Shown here piece by piece: positions 39,357 through 49,618 of a stretch of 64,000 nt of DNA. Position 1 is the stretch's first letter; every line of letters starts with the position of its first letter. The notes below the pieces were generated by a model. That model did no database searches. It was not told the origin of the DNA and was given only the letters and a program-made list of their open reading frames with translations. The position numbers and the translations under genes were made by a program. This DNA is from Alphaproteobacteria bacterium (GTDB lineage Bacteria; Pseudomonadota; Alphaproteobacteria; SP197), in assembly GCA_965228895.1 (NCBI GenBank), contig OZ245842.1, positions 4,256,001-4,320,000 of the forward strand, in the 5' to 3' direction.

Positions 39357-41144
39357 TCAAGTACACGAATCGTCCGGCTGTGTGCTCGTCTCGGAAGGGG
39401 CCGCAGTGGGCGGTTTATTGAGTGGCAGTAGATCGCGCCACACCTGTGGCGGGACTGGCAGGCGATTGCAACGGCAGGCGGTCAGGAGTACCGGCCAATG
39501 CCCGAGGGCAATCGCCGACAGCCTGTCGAAATGTGGGTTGGCCGCGCATTCGGCAGAGATAAAGTCTAGCGTAGCGCGCGTGCCCGATTCGACCGGGATA
39601 CCGGTCAGCGCCGCGCCGTGGTTTTCTCCACCGAGATAAACCAGCGCTTCGCTGTCCTCGTCGGGTAGCCAAGTTTGGAAGGTGCAATGCCCCAGATCAT
39701 TAGCCTTAAATGCGGCGAGCTGGTCGACCACCGCTTCGTTACCAATCGCCGTTGCCCACAGCGCGAGCAGAGGATAGAGGATGCTGCCCTCGGTCGCTTC
39801 TGTGCGATACGCCTCAGTAGTTTCTGCCGGATGCTCGACTAGATACCAATAAGACCGGTGAGTCGTCGGGTAGAGTCCGTGCGACTGAAAGGCGAAGATC
39901 GTACTGTTGGTGAGCTCTTTAATCCAATCATCGATCGCGTTCCGAAATCGGGGGCGGCTTCCCAGAAGAGTAAAGCAAAGTGCGATATCGATCGCCTGCC
40001 AGTCGCCAACCGGTGACAGTAACGCGCGGTTGTTTGCGATGATTGCAATCAGCTGCTCGCAAAGTGCATCAATCCTGCCAATGGTGTCGGCGATTATTGG
40101 GATTCGAGGCGAATCTTCAGCATCGTCGAGCACGCTTGGGACGCTGTTAGTACCCGAAGCAAACCAGACTAGCCAGAGACCACGTAGAGCAATACGGCCG
40201 ATCGTCTCAAAAAGTTTCAGGTTTACATCAATCGAGGCATGAGAACCGACCGCTGCCGAAACCGCATGTCGGACATTGGCAAAGGGCAAGATCTTCTTGC
40301 CGTAGAGTTCCTCCCATATCGCAAAATGCAGCTCGACCAAGTCGTTAAAAGCCAGACCGGCATTTTCGGATGCCTTCGACGCCTTGCCGAGATCGTCGTG
40401 CAGCATGTGCCAAACATTGAGCGTAGCGAGCTCGCTCGCCCGGTAAGGAGCCTCGACATTGTCTGCCTCGCGCGCCCAAACAAACATAATCCAAAGGCAG
40501 ATATTGATTTGGCGTGCTCGAGCCAGCCGGCTCATCGGCCGGTCTCCTGTGTCGGCGAGTAACTGTCGAATCAGCTCTGCGAAATGGCCCATTGCGATAT
40601 CGGGCTCCTCCACCATTGCGACAGCCTTCCGGAGATGTCCGCGCAGCGGCGCCGGAAGCAGCTCTTCTCGCAAAACGCCATCAAGAACCGCCTGTGCGAG
40701 ACGATCACCGTTCCATTCCTCATAGGTGATCCGAGGGGTCGTGTTGTTCTTGATGTAACCATTGACCTCAGCGCGAACCTGCTCTTCGATGTCACCGCCG
40801 AAGCACAGGCAGATCGCGATCGGGAGCTCTGCGTATTCGACAGGAATTCGGGTGGCGATGTAGACGTCGCGGATCTCGTCGAGCGAGGGTCGAAGGCTCT
40901 GCGGCGAGGCGGTGTTCCAGCTGTTGCGGTCAAGGTCACCCGATTTTACCGAGAAGAGATGGACACGCTTTACACCGTCCCGTCCTGGCCCGACAGCGGC
41001 GACGTCAACACCGTACTGGCGGGTGCCAATCGCTGGCCGCGAAAACACGGTGAAGCCCATCTCGGTTAGCAGGTCGGGCAACACCGCGTCCAGCTCGCCG
41101 CGCTCGCGCAAGGATGCCAGATACTCGCGGATGACCAACTTCAT
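39357..41144 (-). CDS. Putative defence protein with N-terminal Mrr-like PD-(D/E)XK domain
   Basis: ELDAVLPDLLTEMGF..QYGVDVAAV..LFSVK, then a helical body. Confidence 0.7.
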   Translation of the reverse strand: MKLVIREYLASLRERGELDAVLPDLLTEMGFTVFSRPAIGTRQYGVDVAAVGPGRDGVKRVHLFSVKSGDLDRNSWNTASPQSLRPSLDEIRDVYIATRIPVEYAELPIAICLCFGGDIEEQVRAEVNGYIKNNTTPRITYEEWNGDRLAQAVLDGVLREELLPAPLRGHLRKAVAMVEEPDIAMGHFAELIRQLLADTGDRPMSRLARARQINICLWIMFVWAREADNVEAPYRASELATLNVWHMLHDDLGKASKASENAGLAFNDLVELHFAIWEELYGKKILPFANVRHAVSAAVGSHASIDVNLKLFETIGRIALRGLWLVWFASGTNSVPSVLDDAEDSPRIPIIADTIGRIDALCEQLIAIIANNRALLSPVGDWQAIDIALCFTLLGSRPRFRNAIDDWIKELTNSTIFAFQSHGLYPTTHRSYWYLVEHPAETTEAYRTEATEGSILYPLLALWATAIGNEAVVDQLAAFKANDLGHCTFQTWLPDEDSEALVYLGGENHGAALTGIPVESGTRATLDFISAECAANPHFDRLSAIALGHWPVLLTACRCNRLPVPPQVWRDLLPLNKPPTAAPSETSTQPDDSCT

Positions 41145-42910
41145 CGCGCGATCCGTTCGGCACGGAAGACGCGCAGCTTATAGTCGAGGTTGAACGGTTC
41201 GAGCGTGTCGAGCCGCGGCAATTCGACGCTGTGGCTTACTGCGCCTAGCTTCATCTCAAGGCGCTCACTTTGTCCGCTGGGCCGCTCGAAGTAGCTGATC
41301 GAGCGGTTGCCGTAGAGCAGTACCGATCGTGAGACGAGCGACGCGAAAACCGATTTGTCTTCTGCTGCTTTGTGTGCAACCTGAAACGACTGGAGTCGCC
41401 GTTGATTCTCGATTAGCTTTTCGCGCTCGGAAGGCTGCAGCTCGCGGACATGGCCGATTGCACGCAGACCTTCTAGGTAGCCTTCGAGCCGCTCAAGAAG
41501 GGTTAGAACTAAAGGCGTTGCCGCGTCAGCCTCATCCTTTGCTTGTTCAGTGAGCCATTCGCTAAGTTCGCCCGGAAAGTTGAGTAGCAAAGGGTCGAAA
41601 AGATGCTCCCCAATTGACTCGGCGACCGCTTCCGGCGCGGCGCGTATCAAGGACAGTAGGATTGAGGCGACAGTGATCGGATGGAGGAACAGATGGCCGA
41701 TAGTTTTTCTAGCAAGGAACACCGCCTCTTCACCCGAAAGTGCCTTAGCGGCGAAGTCGATCCGAAACGTCAGGGGATCACCGTGGACCTGACTTATGAG
41801 TCCGCGGGCCGCGTCACCAAGCGGCCGCTTACCACTTAACAACCATTTGACTATCACATGGGCGAGTCGATCCGGCTCGAGCTGCAGTAGAGCATGGGCG
41901 CTGCCGCTCAGCACTTCGAAATCATGAAACTCGATATGAGCGACAAGGAGTGGCTCGAGCAGCGCCAGCGCCTCATTGAGCCGGCCCTTTCTAGTAAGTG
42001 CGCCGACGGCGTGGTCGATGTTCTGGAGCGTACCGATACTCTCAACACGGTCCTTAAGCAGGATGTTGATCAGTGCAGCAACGATCGCAGGCGACAGATC
42101 CTCGCCGCGAAGCCAAAGCGTCTGTGACAGGCGATGAATTGTCTCGTCCCCAGCGAAACTCGCCGCGGTCGCAATGATATTGAGCACCTCGGCCTCGTTC
42201 GCGCCGTGTGTACATAGCGCAATATCGACTGCCGCAGACGCGATGACTCCGCGCAGGTCGTCATCGACCGCTACGTCGATTGCGGTCTGTAACGCGGCGA
42301 GCGCCTTAGGCGCGAACGCAGATTCGCCGGTGAAGTCAAAGCTCCCGATCGCCGCCGCAGCGCCAAGTTGGGCAACCTTAGTTGGTTCTGCCAGATAGGT
42401 GATCATACGATCAAGCGCCGCGCCGGCATCCATACGTTCTAAGGCTTGGAGCGCCAACATCACAAACACTGCATCGTCAAGGCGGTCCGTGTCGATCAGG
42501 CCGAGTGTTTGCTCGGCGCGATCACCCTTCGCCGCCCAGTCGCGAAAGGCAGCATTGGGCCTGCCCGCGACACCGTCATTGCCCGCCGCCGCGACAAGCG
42601 CGCGGACCACGGCCATCATTGGCTCGACCTCAGCCTCAAGTTCGGGGATTACCTGAACGTAGAAATGCTGGACAGCGAAGAAGTCATAGTCCTCGCTTCG
42701 TCCGGCTTCGAGCGCAAGTGCGGGTGCTAGCATGTCGACGGTGCCAGCATTGTGCGCGGCCACTGCGGCCTCTCGTAGCGCCACCGCCTCGGGATCATTG
42801 CGACCACCCAGGATCGTCTCCGTGATCAGTTTCGGTAACGTGCCCGTCTCATCGTGCCTTACTATGTCGTCAATAGATCTTGACCTTGCCCCCGATTTGT
42901 CCTCGTTCAT
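41141..42910 (-). CDS. Alpha-helical (ARM/HEAT-like) protein coupled to the nuclease gene
   Basis: 589 aa Ala/Leu-rich; ATGA overlap with the downstream gene. Confidence 0.7.
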   Translation of the reverse strand: MNEDKSGARSRSIDDIVRHDETGTLPKLITETILGGRNDPEAVALREAAVAAHNAGTVDMLAPALALEAGRSEDYDFFAVQHFYVQVIPELEAEVEPMMAVVRALVAAAGNDGVAGRPNAAFRDWAAKGDRAEQTLGLIDTDRLDDAVFVMLALQALERMDAGAALDRMITYLAEPTKVAQLGAAAAIGSFDFTGESAFAPKALAALQTAIDVAVDDDLRGVIASAAVDIALCTHGANEAEVLNIIATAASFAGDETIHRLSQTLWLRGEDLSPAIVAALINILLKDRVESIGTLQNIDHAVGALTRKGRLNEALALLEPLLVAHIEFHDFEVLSGSAHALLQLEPDRLAHVIVKWLLSGKRPLGDAARGLISQVHGDPLTFRIDFAAKALSGEEAVFLARKTIGHLFLHPITVASILLSLIRAAPEAVAESIGEHLFDPLLLNFPGELSEWLTEQAKDEADAATPLVLTLLERLEGYLEGLRAIGHVRELQPSEREKLIENQRRLQSFQVAHKAAEDKSVFASLVSRSVLLYGNRSISYFERPSGQSERLEMKLGAVSHSVELPRLDTLEPFNLDYKLRVFRAERIAR

Positions 42911-43086
42911 GAGTTAGCCCTGTTCGTGATGCGGTCCCTTTGGGGCCGGGTTGCGAACTCGTGGGTGTGAGTCCGTCGAGGCATTGTCTAATCATCTGGC
43001 CGAAACGATTGCAACCGGCGCGACGGCTCCAACGCGACGAGAACTAAACTAAGCATAAACGAGACAGCTACCACGTAACCGGAACG

Positions 43087-46086
43087 CTACTTAATGCCGT
43101 ACTTAAGACGGCGCTTTACGAACGCAGGCTGCGACCCCTCCAGCACGTCAACTATGCGCCGATTCATCACAGGATTTTCGATCGAACCTGTTTCATAGGA
43201 GAACTTGTAGTTCTCAGACTTCTCAAGCTTCACGTAGACGATCTGCTCGGCATCGGCTCCAACTGCCAAGTTAGGGTTGTGCGTAACCAGCACGACCTGC
43301 CTGTGTTTCTTGGCATCGCGAATGCAATTCGCCAGCACTCTAAATATGCTCTCGTTGTCCAGATTGTCCTCAGGTTGATCAATGATGAGCGGCGTGTTCT
43401 TACGATCGAGCTGGAGATAGAAGATCAAGAGAAGCAGGCCTTTTTCTCCTGGCGAGAGCTCATTCAGGTTCTTCCCGCCGAGGCGCAACTCGTACCGCGA
43501 CGACAAGTAGTCGAGCGAGAACAGGAAATCGTATAGTTCTTTGGCATCGTGCGCTTGATCCGAAATTAGGAGGTCATCTCCATTGTGACGTCTCATACTT
43601 GCTAGGAGTTGCTCACAAAAGCCAATGACGGCTTCAAAATCATCCCAGTTTGTTTCACGGACGAGCCGGGCAAGTTCCTGCTGCGCATCCTGATCGTTCT
43701 TAAAGGGACCACGTCTGCGCTGATTGATCTGGTTAAGGAACTCACGCCGAAACTCTCGATCCACAATGAAGGAAGCCTCGATCTCGATCTCAAATCCGGC
43801 AGTCCGAACGGCCTGAAGACGCTCCTCAACGCTATTCTTCAGATCACGATAGAACTGGAGAACCTGACTCTTGCTCCGATATATTTCCTGAACAATTTCG
43901 CTTCGTTCTGCAACACGGTCGACAAGAGTAGTGGCTAGGGTTTCATCGACATACTTCAAACGGTCTTTTAGCCAGAGAAGTGTTTCGGGCTTTGGTTCTT
44001 CATCGTTTCCCGCCACCTCAAGGCGCTTTGCCTTCCATGCTGCGAACCGTTCGACATACGACTGGTAACGACGTTGTGGCGTACTCAATTGCTCTTTCAA
44101 ACGTTCAATCTCGGATTCAATAAACTTGTAGGCGTTGCGAAGGTCAGGAATCGTAGCCAGGCTTGAGAATGCCGTTTCTAGAGAAAACGCTAGCTCACTC
44201 TCAGCCTCAAGAGCGCTGATCCTTGCCTGCAACTCCTCAATCTTTGTCTGCACGGGTGCTGGATCGATCTCAAACTTGACCACATCCGAAACGGCGAGCT
44301 CTAAAGCGGCAAGTGGCTCTGTCAACTCTTCGATGCCTTCTCGCGTTTGCGAGTCGAGGCTCGTCAGCCTCTCCTTTAAGGAGACCGCAGATTGAAGGTT
44401 AGTCTTTAGCGTAGTGGTTTCGGCGATCCTCTGCTGCCGAGCCTCACTCACCGATGCGAGTAGTTTTGTGAGGCGGGCGACTTCCGCCGCAAGCCCTTTT
44501 TGCGCGTCGGATTCTGTATCTGGCTTCGCAACTTCCTTTGGTACAGCATCATCCAGGGCCTTCAGCTCTTCTGTCTTGGCCTCAATCTGCCCGATCAGCC
44601 GCTTCCGAAAATGTGGTGAACTTTGGTCCTCAAGGTCAACAATCTCGACGTTCAGCTCTCTAAGTCGCCTCTTCAGTGAGCTTATCTCCTGTTTGCTTTG
44701 TAGTGTCTTTGCCTCCTCCAGCTGTGAAAATGACGACGTTCCAAGCTTCTCTGTCTCCTCAACATGTGAGAAGACGACTTCCTCAATCTCTTTCCGAAAC
44801 TGCTCTATCTCGATTTCGTTCGTAAGTTGCTCAAAATAGTTCTGCGGCAGATATCGAACTGTCTCCGGCCTATCGCGGTCACAATGATCGATTAAATGTT
44901 TCTCTTCTCTCTTACTGGTATGCCATGTGATCGCCGCCTTGAAATTTTCCGCGTAGCCGCGCTGGCGAAACTTCTTGCTCTTGGAATCGTCAGCAAGGAA
45001 CGAAAAGTAATCTTCCTGATGGCTCTCGCCCAAGAGACCTAAGATATCGACAATGGCACTCTTGCCGCTGCCTTTGTTTCCGATGATAGCAGTCAGCTCC
45101 GGGTTTAGAGGTAACTCAACTCCTTTGAACCATCGCCCATTTGCCTCACCGTACCCGTCAACTTGGTCGATCTGCAGAAGACTGAGAAACTTGGTGCCGT
45201 CCTGTTCCTGGCGGACGATAACATCGGGTTCTGAGCCGATGAATACACGACTCTCCGGTTCATGGCATATCTGCTTCAGTCCCACAAACGTTGTATCTGC
45301 CTTGATCCAGGTAGGAGGAAATCCCGCAACATTACCGCCCAGACGCTCAAGGTCTTCAAAACTGTGAGCGTCACATCCGGATACAACAGGCTTGGGGGCA
45401 GACTCGCCTTCGGCATAGCGGTCTGCTCTTAGAAAAAAGGCCTTGTTACCAGCATTCCCGAAGAAGAGGTCACTTGCCCTATCGATGCGGTCCGCAAGAT
45501 TGACTTTCCGCGGGGACTCATTGTCGGTCGACCGCAGACCATTGTTGTTTGCAGGGAACGCAACGAGATAAGGTTTTGTATCGCCGAAAGTCTCATCAAG
45601 AGCCTCGGTTAAACTATCGAGACTGACGGTCGCGGCCATTATCTGCTCTTGAGTTTGCAGATCTGAACAGCGCTGACGAACGCTTGCATCGTCAATCGAC
45701 TGAGTATCGAGGTTGGTAAGAAATCGACCGATCCGGTCTTCGTTCGTAACATCAGGATCATTGTCGAAGATCACATGAATGTCCGGGTGGCTTCCGTCCT
45801 TGCTTATCGATTCAGAAAGCCGGAACTCAATATTCACGAAAAAAACCGATTTGGATTCAGCGTACTTCTCTGCATACCGCCTGCGTAGCTCGAAGAAGCT
45901 GTCACAACTAAAGTAGTCTGTTACGCCGAATACCTGAACCGGCGATGCTTCGAGTGTGTCAATGAATCTGTCCCAGACTGCATCATCAACCCCGCCATAG
46001 GCATTGTTCAATCTTGTTCCAGGTGCGTGCAGGTGGAGGTCCCAACGTCTCCACAAAGAACCATTGCTGGCAGCTTTGCTATCCAT
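43087..46086 (-). CDS. PHP-domain plus SMC-like ABC ATPase (TrlF/Ppl-like) defence protein
   Basis: WDLHLH, TDY, CDAH; GNKGSGKS, PQ, LSPGE, IIDQPEDNLD, THN; long coiled coil. Confidence 0.85.
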   Translation of the reverse strand: MDSKAASNGSLWRRWDLHLHAPGTRLNNAYGGVDDAVWDRFIDTLEASPVQVFGVTDYFSCDSFFELRRRYAEKYAESKSVFFVNIEFRLSESISKDGSHPDIHVIFDNDPDVTNEDRIGRFLTNLDTQSIDDASVRQRCSDLQTQEQIMAATVSLDSLTEALDETFGDTKPYLVAFPANNNGLRSTDNESPRKVNLADRIDRASDLFFGNAGNKAFFLRADRYAEGESAPKPVVSGCDAHSFEDLERLGGNVAGFPPTWIKADTTFVGLKQICHEPESRVFIGSEPDVIVRQEQDGTKFLSLLQIDQVDGYGEANGRWFKGVELPLNPELTAIIGNKGSGKSAIVDILGLLGESHQEDYFSFLADDSKSKKFRQRGYAENFKAAITWHTSKREEKHLIDHCDRDRPETVRYLPQNYFEQLTNEIEIEQFRKEIEEVVFSHVEETEKLGTSSFSQLEEAKTLQSKQEISSLKRRLRELNVEIVDLEDQSSPHFRKRLIGQIEAKTEELKALDDAVPKEVAKPDTESDAQKGLAAEVARLTKLLASVSEARQQRIAETTTLKTNLQSAVSLKERLTSLDSQTREGIEELTEPLAALELAVSDVVKFEIDPAPVQTKIEELQARISALEAESELAFSLETAFSSLATIPDLRNAYKFIESEIERLKEQLSTPQRRYQSYVERFAAWKAKRLEVAGNDEEPKPETLLWLKDRLKYVDETLATTLVDRVAERSEIVQEIYRSKSQVLQFYRDLKNSVEERLQAVRTAGFEIEIEASFIVDREFRREFLNQINQRRRGPFKNDQDAQQELARLVRETNWDDFEAVIGFCEQLLASMRRHNGDDLLISDQAHDAKELYDFLFSLDYLSSRYELRLGGKNLNELSPGEKGLLLLIFYLQLDRKNTPLIIDQPEDNLDNESIFRVLANCIRDAKKHRQVVLVTHNPNLAVGADAEQIVYVKLEKSENYKFSYETGSIENPVMNRRIVDVLEGSQPAFVKRRLKYGIK

Positions 46087-46835
46087 TATGTGTTCACCGC
46101 ACTACGCTTGCCATCTGGCGCTCGAAGAATTGGGGTAGAACGTCAGTTCGTTGCCGGTTATGGCGGAAAAAGATCAGCCCCATGACCGGCAAAAAGCAGC
46201 CGTTGCTAGCGTAGTTAGGGTTAGCTCTCAGGTGATCAACTATCAACGACGGTCGGTTTCTTTGAACTTCGACTATGTGCTCCATATCTCCCCAATTCTT
46301 TGCGCAACCGTTGACCCACTGTTTGCTACATACGCCCGCCCAAGCTCATGTAGCACCTGAGCGGCAGGCCTAGTCTGTTCCAAGCACACCTCTAGAGTGA
46401 CCTCGGACAGACTGCGCCGAGCTCGTACCCGTTTGCCGACATCTCTCATAACCTGGGCATCACAACCAATGGATACACATCTGTTGAGCTGTGAGTAGTA
46501 TAGAGAGATTGAGAATTCCACAGAGATCGGTGGAAAGTACAAAGACCGGATCGCGGGAAATAGGTCAGCATCCCTGCAGCAGACTTGTTGCAAGGAGTAT
46601 CCGAACAACTCAGAGAATGGCAGCTTTCTGCTGGCTCAGAGGATTGTTAAGTTGCGGTGGTGACGACGCCGAAGGCTTTTTTCACCGCATACCTCGCCTA
46701 ACTTACTGATTTGGCAAAGTGGCGACGCAGTGGCTCTCCCCCAGCGCAAGGATCATCCCGTCGACCTAGTTGCATTCCTTCTCACCAATGCTAGCGAGCC
46801 AGTTTAGCTGGGCATTTCTCGGTGCCTCATAGTCC

Positions 46836-47336
46836 TTACTCCACGACAAATAGGGCCCGTGCGACGTCGTCTATCGCCGCAAGTGCTGAGAACTGTCCCT
46901 TTCTCACAATCCGAATGTTCGGCCGTTCCGCCTTTAGGCCGGTCTTATCGCCCTTGGTGTGCTTGCCGACTCGATCGCCCAGCGGCGGAAGTTGCTCCCC
47001 TGCCCGGCCGCCAAACCAGAGAAACGGCCCCAAATCCATCGTCTCGGGATCGAACCAGATCCAGATGACACAGCCGCTCGGCTTCTCCGCCAGATTGATA
47101 TGGATACCGACATTGGCCGTCTTCGCACCGCGGTAGCTGGCCTTGAACTGGACGTGGCGCAGGACGCCATTGGACTCCAGGACGAGGTCGTAGCCGGCAC
47201 GGTCGACATCGGCCCGAAGGACCTCGATGTCGCGGGTCCCCTGGCGCCAGAGGCAGCGCAGCAGATCGCCAATAAACAGATGCTCGATGACTTTCTCACG
47301 AAGACTGGAATCGACGGTGTGGGCGGGATCGGTCAT
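46836..47336 (-). CDS. Small PD-(D/E)XK nuclease-like protein
   Basis: REKVIEH..VDRAGYDLVL..HVQFKAS; start MTDPAH. Confidence 0.72.
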   Translation of the reverse strand: MTDPAHTVDSSLREKVIEHLFIGDLLRCLWRQGTRDIEVLRADVDRAGYDLVLESNGVLRHVQFKASYRGAKTANVGIHINLAEKPSGCVIWIWFDPETMDLGPFLWFGGRAGEQLPPLGDRVGKHTKGDKTGLKAERPNIRIVRKGQFSALAAIDDVARALFVVE

Positions 47337-47419
47337 GGTTCGTCCTGACAAGCTGTTGTTCCGATTGCCTAAAGCGCGACGGTGATCGCTTCCTTGCCGG
47401 GCGAAGTCCAGCAAAATGA

Positions 47420-47445
47420 GACTCATAGTCCGTAGACTAAAAGTC
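47420..47445 (+). promoter_or_regulatory. C-box (controller protein operator)
   Basis: GACTCATAGTC-cgta-GACTAAAAGTC: two GACT-N3-AGTC palindromes. Confidence 0.85.
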
Positions 47446-47468
47446 AACAAAACTCGCCTTCTGGCTGC

Positions 47469-47687
47469 ATGGATGTGCGCCAACGGGTCGGTATCAACGT
47501 CAGGAAGTTCCGCAAGGAGCGGCAGCTTTCCCAGGAAAAGCTCGGTTTCGCGTGCGGCCGCGACCGCACCTATATCAGCGGCATCGAGCGGGGCGAGCGC
47601 AACCCGACCGTCGTCGTCCTGGAGGAGATCGCCAAAGCCCTTGGTGTGCCGACCTCACGCCTTCTGGAGGAGGTCGAAGGGACCTAG
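47469..47687 (+). CDS. XRE-family C-protein-like regulator
   Basis: LSQEKLG..DRTYISGIERGERNPT; no SD, C-box upstream. Confidence 0.9.
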   Translation: MDVRQRVGINVRKFRKERQLSQEKLGFACGRDRTYISGIERGERNPTVVVLEEIAKALGVPTSRLLEEVEGT

Positions 47688-47791
47688 ATCCCACCGTTAA
47701 GCCGCAGAGTTCGGGCAAAGCCCGCCAAAACCAATGTAGAGGCGGAACGCCCGAGCCGGCGACCGGCCACGGCGCTGCTACGTAGCGGCGT

Positions 47792-48139
47792 TCATCCCCT
47801 CGTCTCCCGGGCCTGACGATCCGTGGGTACGGAGGGGTCGGTGCGGCGGAGCTTCGAGCGATACCAGCTCACCGATGCCAGGCTGGTCGAGGCGCCGGGG
47901 AACTTATCCTTGATCAAATCGAGGACCTCCTGATTGGTCTTGCCGGCCTCCAGCTCACGCCTGGCCGTCTCCCCGACCGACTTCCATCGCTCCGTAAAAA
48001 GGTAGTGATTCAGCGCCTCTCGGACGGCCTCGCTGACGGAGACCCGCGTGTCCTCGGCCATGTCGTGGAGGGCATCGACCAGTTCCTGGGGCAGGGTCAC
48101 CGTGACCCGGCGCATGTGATCGCTATCACCTCTGGTCAT
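47792..48139 (-). CDS. Ribbon-helix-helix (CopG-type) regulator with C-terminal helical domain
   Basis: RRVTVTLPQELVDAL..SVSEAVREAL. Confidence 0.75.
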   Translation of the reverse strand: MTRGDSDHMRRVTVTLPQELVDALHDMAEDTRVSVSEAVREALNHYLFTERWKSVGETARRELEAGKTNQEVLDLIKDKFPGASTSLASVSWYRSKLRRTDPSVPTDRQARETRG

Positions 48140-48159
48140 ACTAGTCCTCTCCTACATGA

Positions 48160-48188
48160 TTGACTCATAAGATCGCATACATCATATT
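48160..48188 (+). promoter_or_regulatory. Sigma70-like promoter of the MTase-terminase operon
   Basis: TTGACT-17 bp-CATATT. Confidence 0.6.
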
Positions 48189-48228
48189 GAGTATGAGCGA
48201 AGAAGACAAGGCCTATGGAGTTGGACAC

Positions 48229-49521
48229 ATGCGCGACCTTAGCGTGACCGAGATACCCATTGCAGGGCTTGTGCCCTATCACCGCAACGCGCGGACACAC
48301 TCGAAGAAGCAGTTGCATCAGATCGCGGACTCGATCCGGACCTTCGGCTGGACCAACCCGATCCTGATCGACCGCGAGGGTGGCGTGATCGCCGGCCACG
48401 GCCGATTGGAGGCTGCCAAGCTGCTGGGCCTGAAGGCCGTCCCGACGATCCGTATCGAGGATATGAGTGAGGAGCAGAAGCGGGCCTACATCCTGGCCGA
48501 CAACAAGCTCGCCGAGAACGCCGGCTGGGATAACGAGATCCTTGCGCTGGAGCTGAAGGACCTGATCGACCTCGACCTTGAGATCGACATCACGTCAACC
48601 GGGTTCGAGATGGGCGAGATCGACGTCCTGATCGAGGGTCTGAACTCGTATACCGGACCGGACCCGGATGACGATATCCCGCCGGTCGACCCGGACCAAC
48701 CAAATGTCAGCGAGCTCGGCGAGCTCTGGCTGCTGGGCGATCACCGGCTGCTCTGCGGCAATGCCCTGGACGCTAAGATCTACGCGCGGCTGCTAGATGG
48801 CGAGCAGGCCCAGATGGTGTTCACCGACCCGCCCTACAACGTGCCCGTCGACGGTCATGTCAGCGGCTTAGGCTCGGTCAGGCATGCCGAGTTCGCGATG
48901 GCATCGGGCGAGATGTCGGAAGAGGCGTTCACGGCGTTCCTGAAGACCGTGTTCGGCCTCATGGTCGATCACAGCGTCGACGGCGCGATCCACTTCGTCT
49001 GCATGGACTGGCGCCATCTCTATGAGCTGCTGACTGCCGGCCGCGCCGCCTACAGCGAGCTGAAGAACCTCTGCGTCTGGAACAAGACGAATGGTGGCAT
49101 GGGGTCGTTCTACCGGTCCAAGCATGAGCTGGTCGCGGTGTTCAAGGCCGGCACCGCGCCACACGTCAACAACGTCGCGCTGGGCAGCCATGGCCGATAT
49201 CGCACCAATGTCTGGGACTACGCCGGTGCCAATGCGCTGGGCAACGGCCGCGACGAGGCGCTTGCCATGCACCCGACGGTGAAGCCAGTCGCCATGGTTG
49301 CCGATGCCATCCTCGACTGCTCGACCCGCGGCGGCCTGGTGCTCGACGCGTTCTCAGGCTCCGGCAGCACCATCCTGGCCGCCGAACGGACCGGACGGCG
49401 GGCGGCCGCGATCGAGATCGAGCCGCACTATGTCGACGTGGCGATCAGGCGCTTCGAAGCCTCGACCGGCATCGACGCGGTCGAGGCCAGGAGCGGCCTC
49501 AGGTTCCGGGAGCTGACATGA
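48229..49521 (+). CDS. ParB-N domain fused N6/N4 DNA methyltransferase
   Basis: NARTH, IAGHGRLEAA, ADNKL; FTDPPYN, HPTVKP, DAFSGSGST. Confidence 0.92.
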   Translation: MRDLSVTEIPIAGLVPYHRNARTHSKKQLHQIADSIRTFGWTNPILIDREGGVIAGHGRLEAAKLLGLKAVPTIRIEDMSEEQKRAYILADNKLAENAGWDNEILALELKDLIDLDLEIDITSTGFEMGEIDVLIEGLNSYTGPDPDDDIPPVDPDQPNVSELGELWLLGDHRLLCGNALDAKIYARLLDGEQAQMVFTDPPYNVPVDGHVSGLGSVRHAEFAMASGEMSEEAFTAFLKTVFGLMVDHSVDGAIHFVCMDWRHLYELLTAGRAAYSELKNLCVWNKTNGGMGSFYRSKHELVAVFKAGTAPHVNNVALGSHGRYRTNVWDYAGANALGNGRDEALAMHPTVKPVAMVADAILDCSTRGGLVLDAFSGSGSTILAAERTGRRAAAIEIEPHYVDVAIRRFEASTGIDAVEARSGLRFRELT

Positions 49522-49618
49522 GGATCTAACGGCGGGCGATGACCGGCCCGCCGAGAGGCAGGGCGCATACGAGCAACGACAGTTGGATTGACACCCAGAG
49601 CAAGCTGAGGACACGACG

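Noticed and set aside
46094-46709. Short ORFs upstream of the PHP-ATPase
   Set aside because: No recognisable motifs or SD; probably decayed or non-coding
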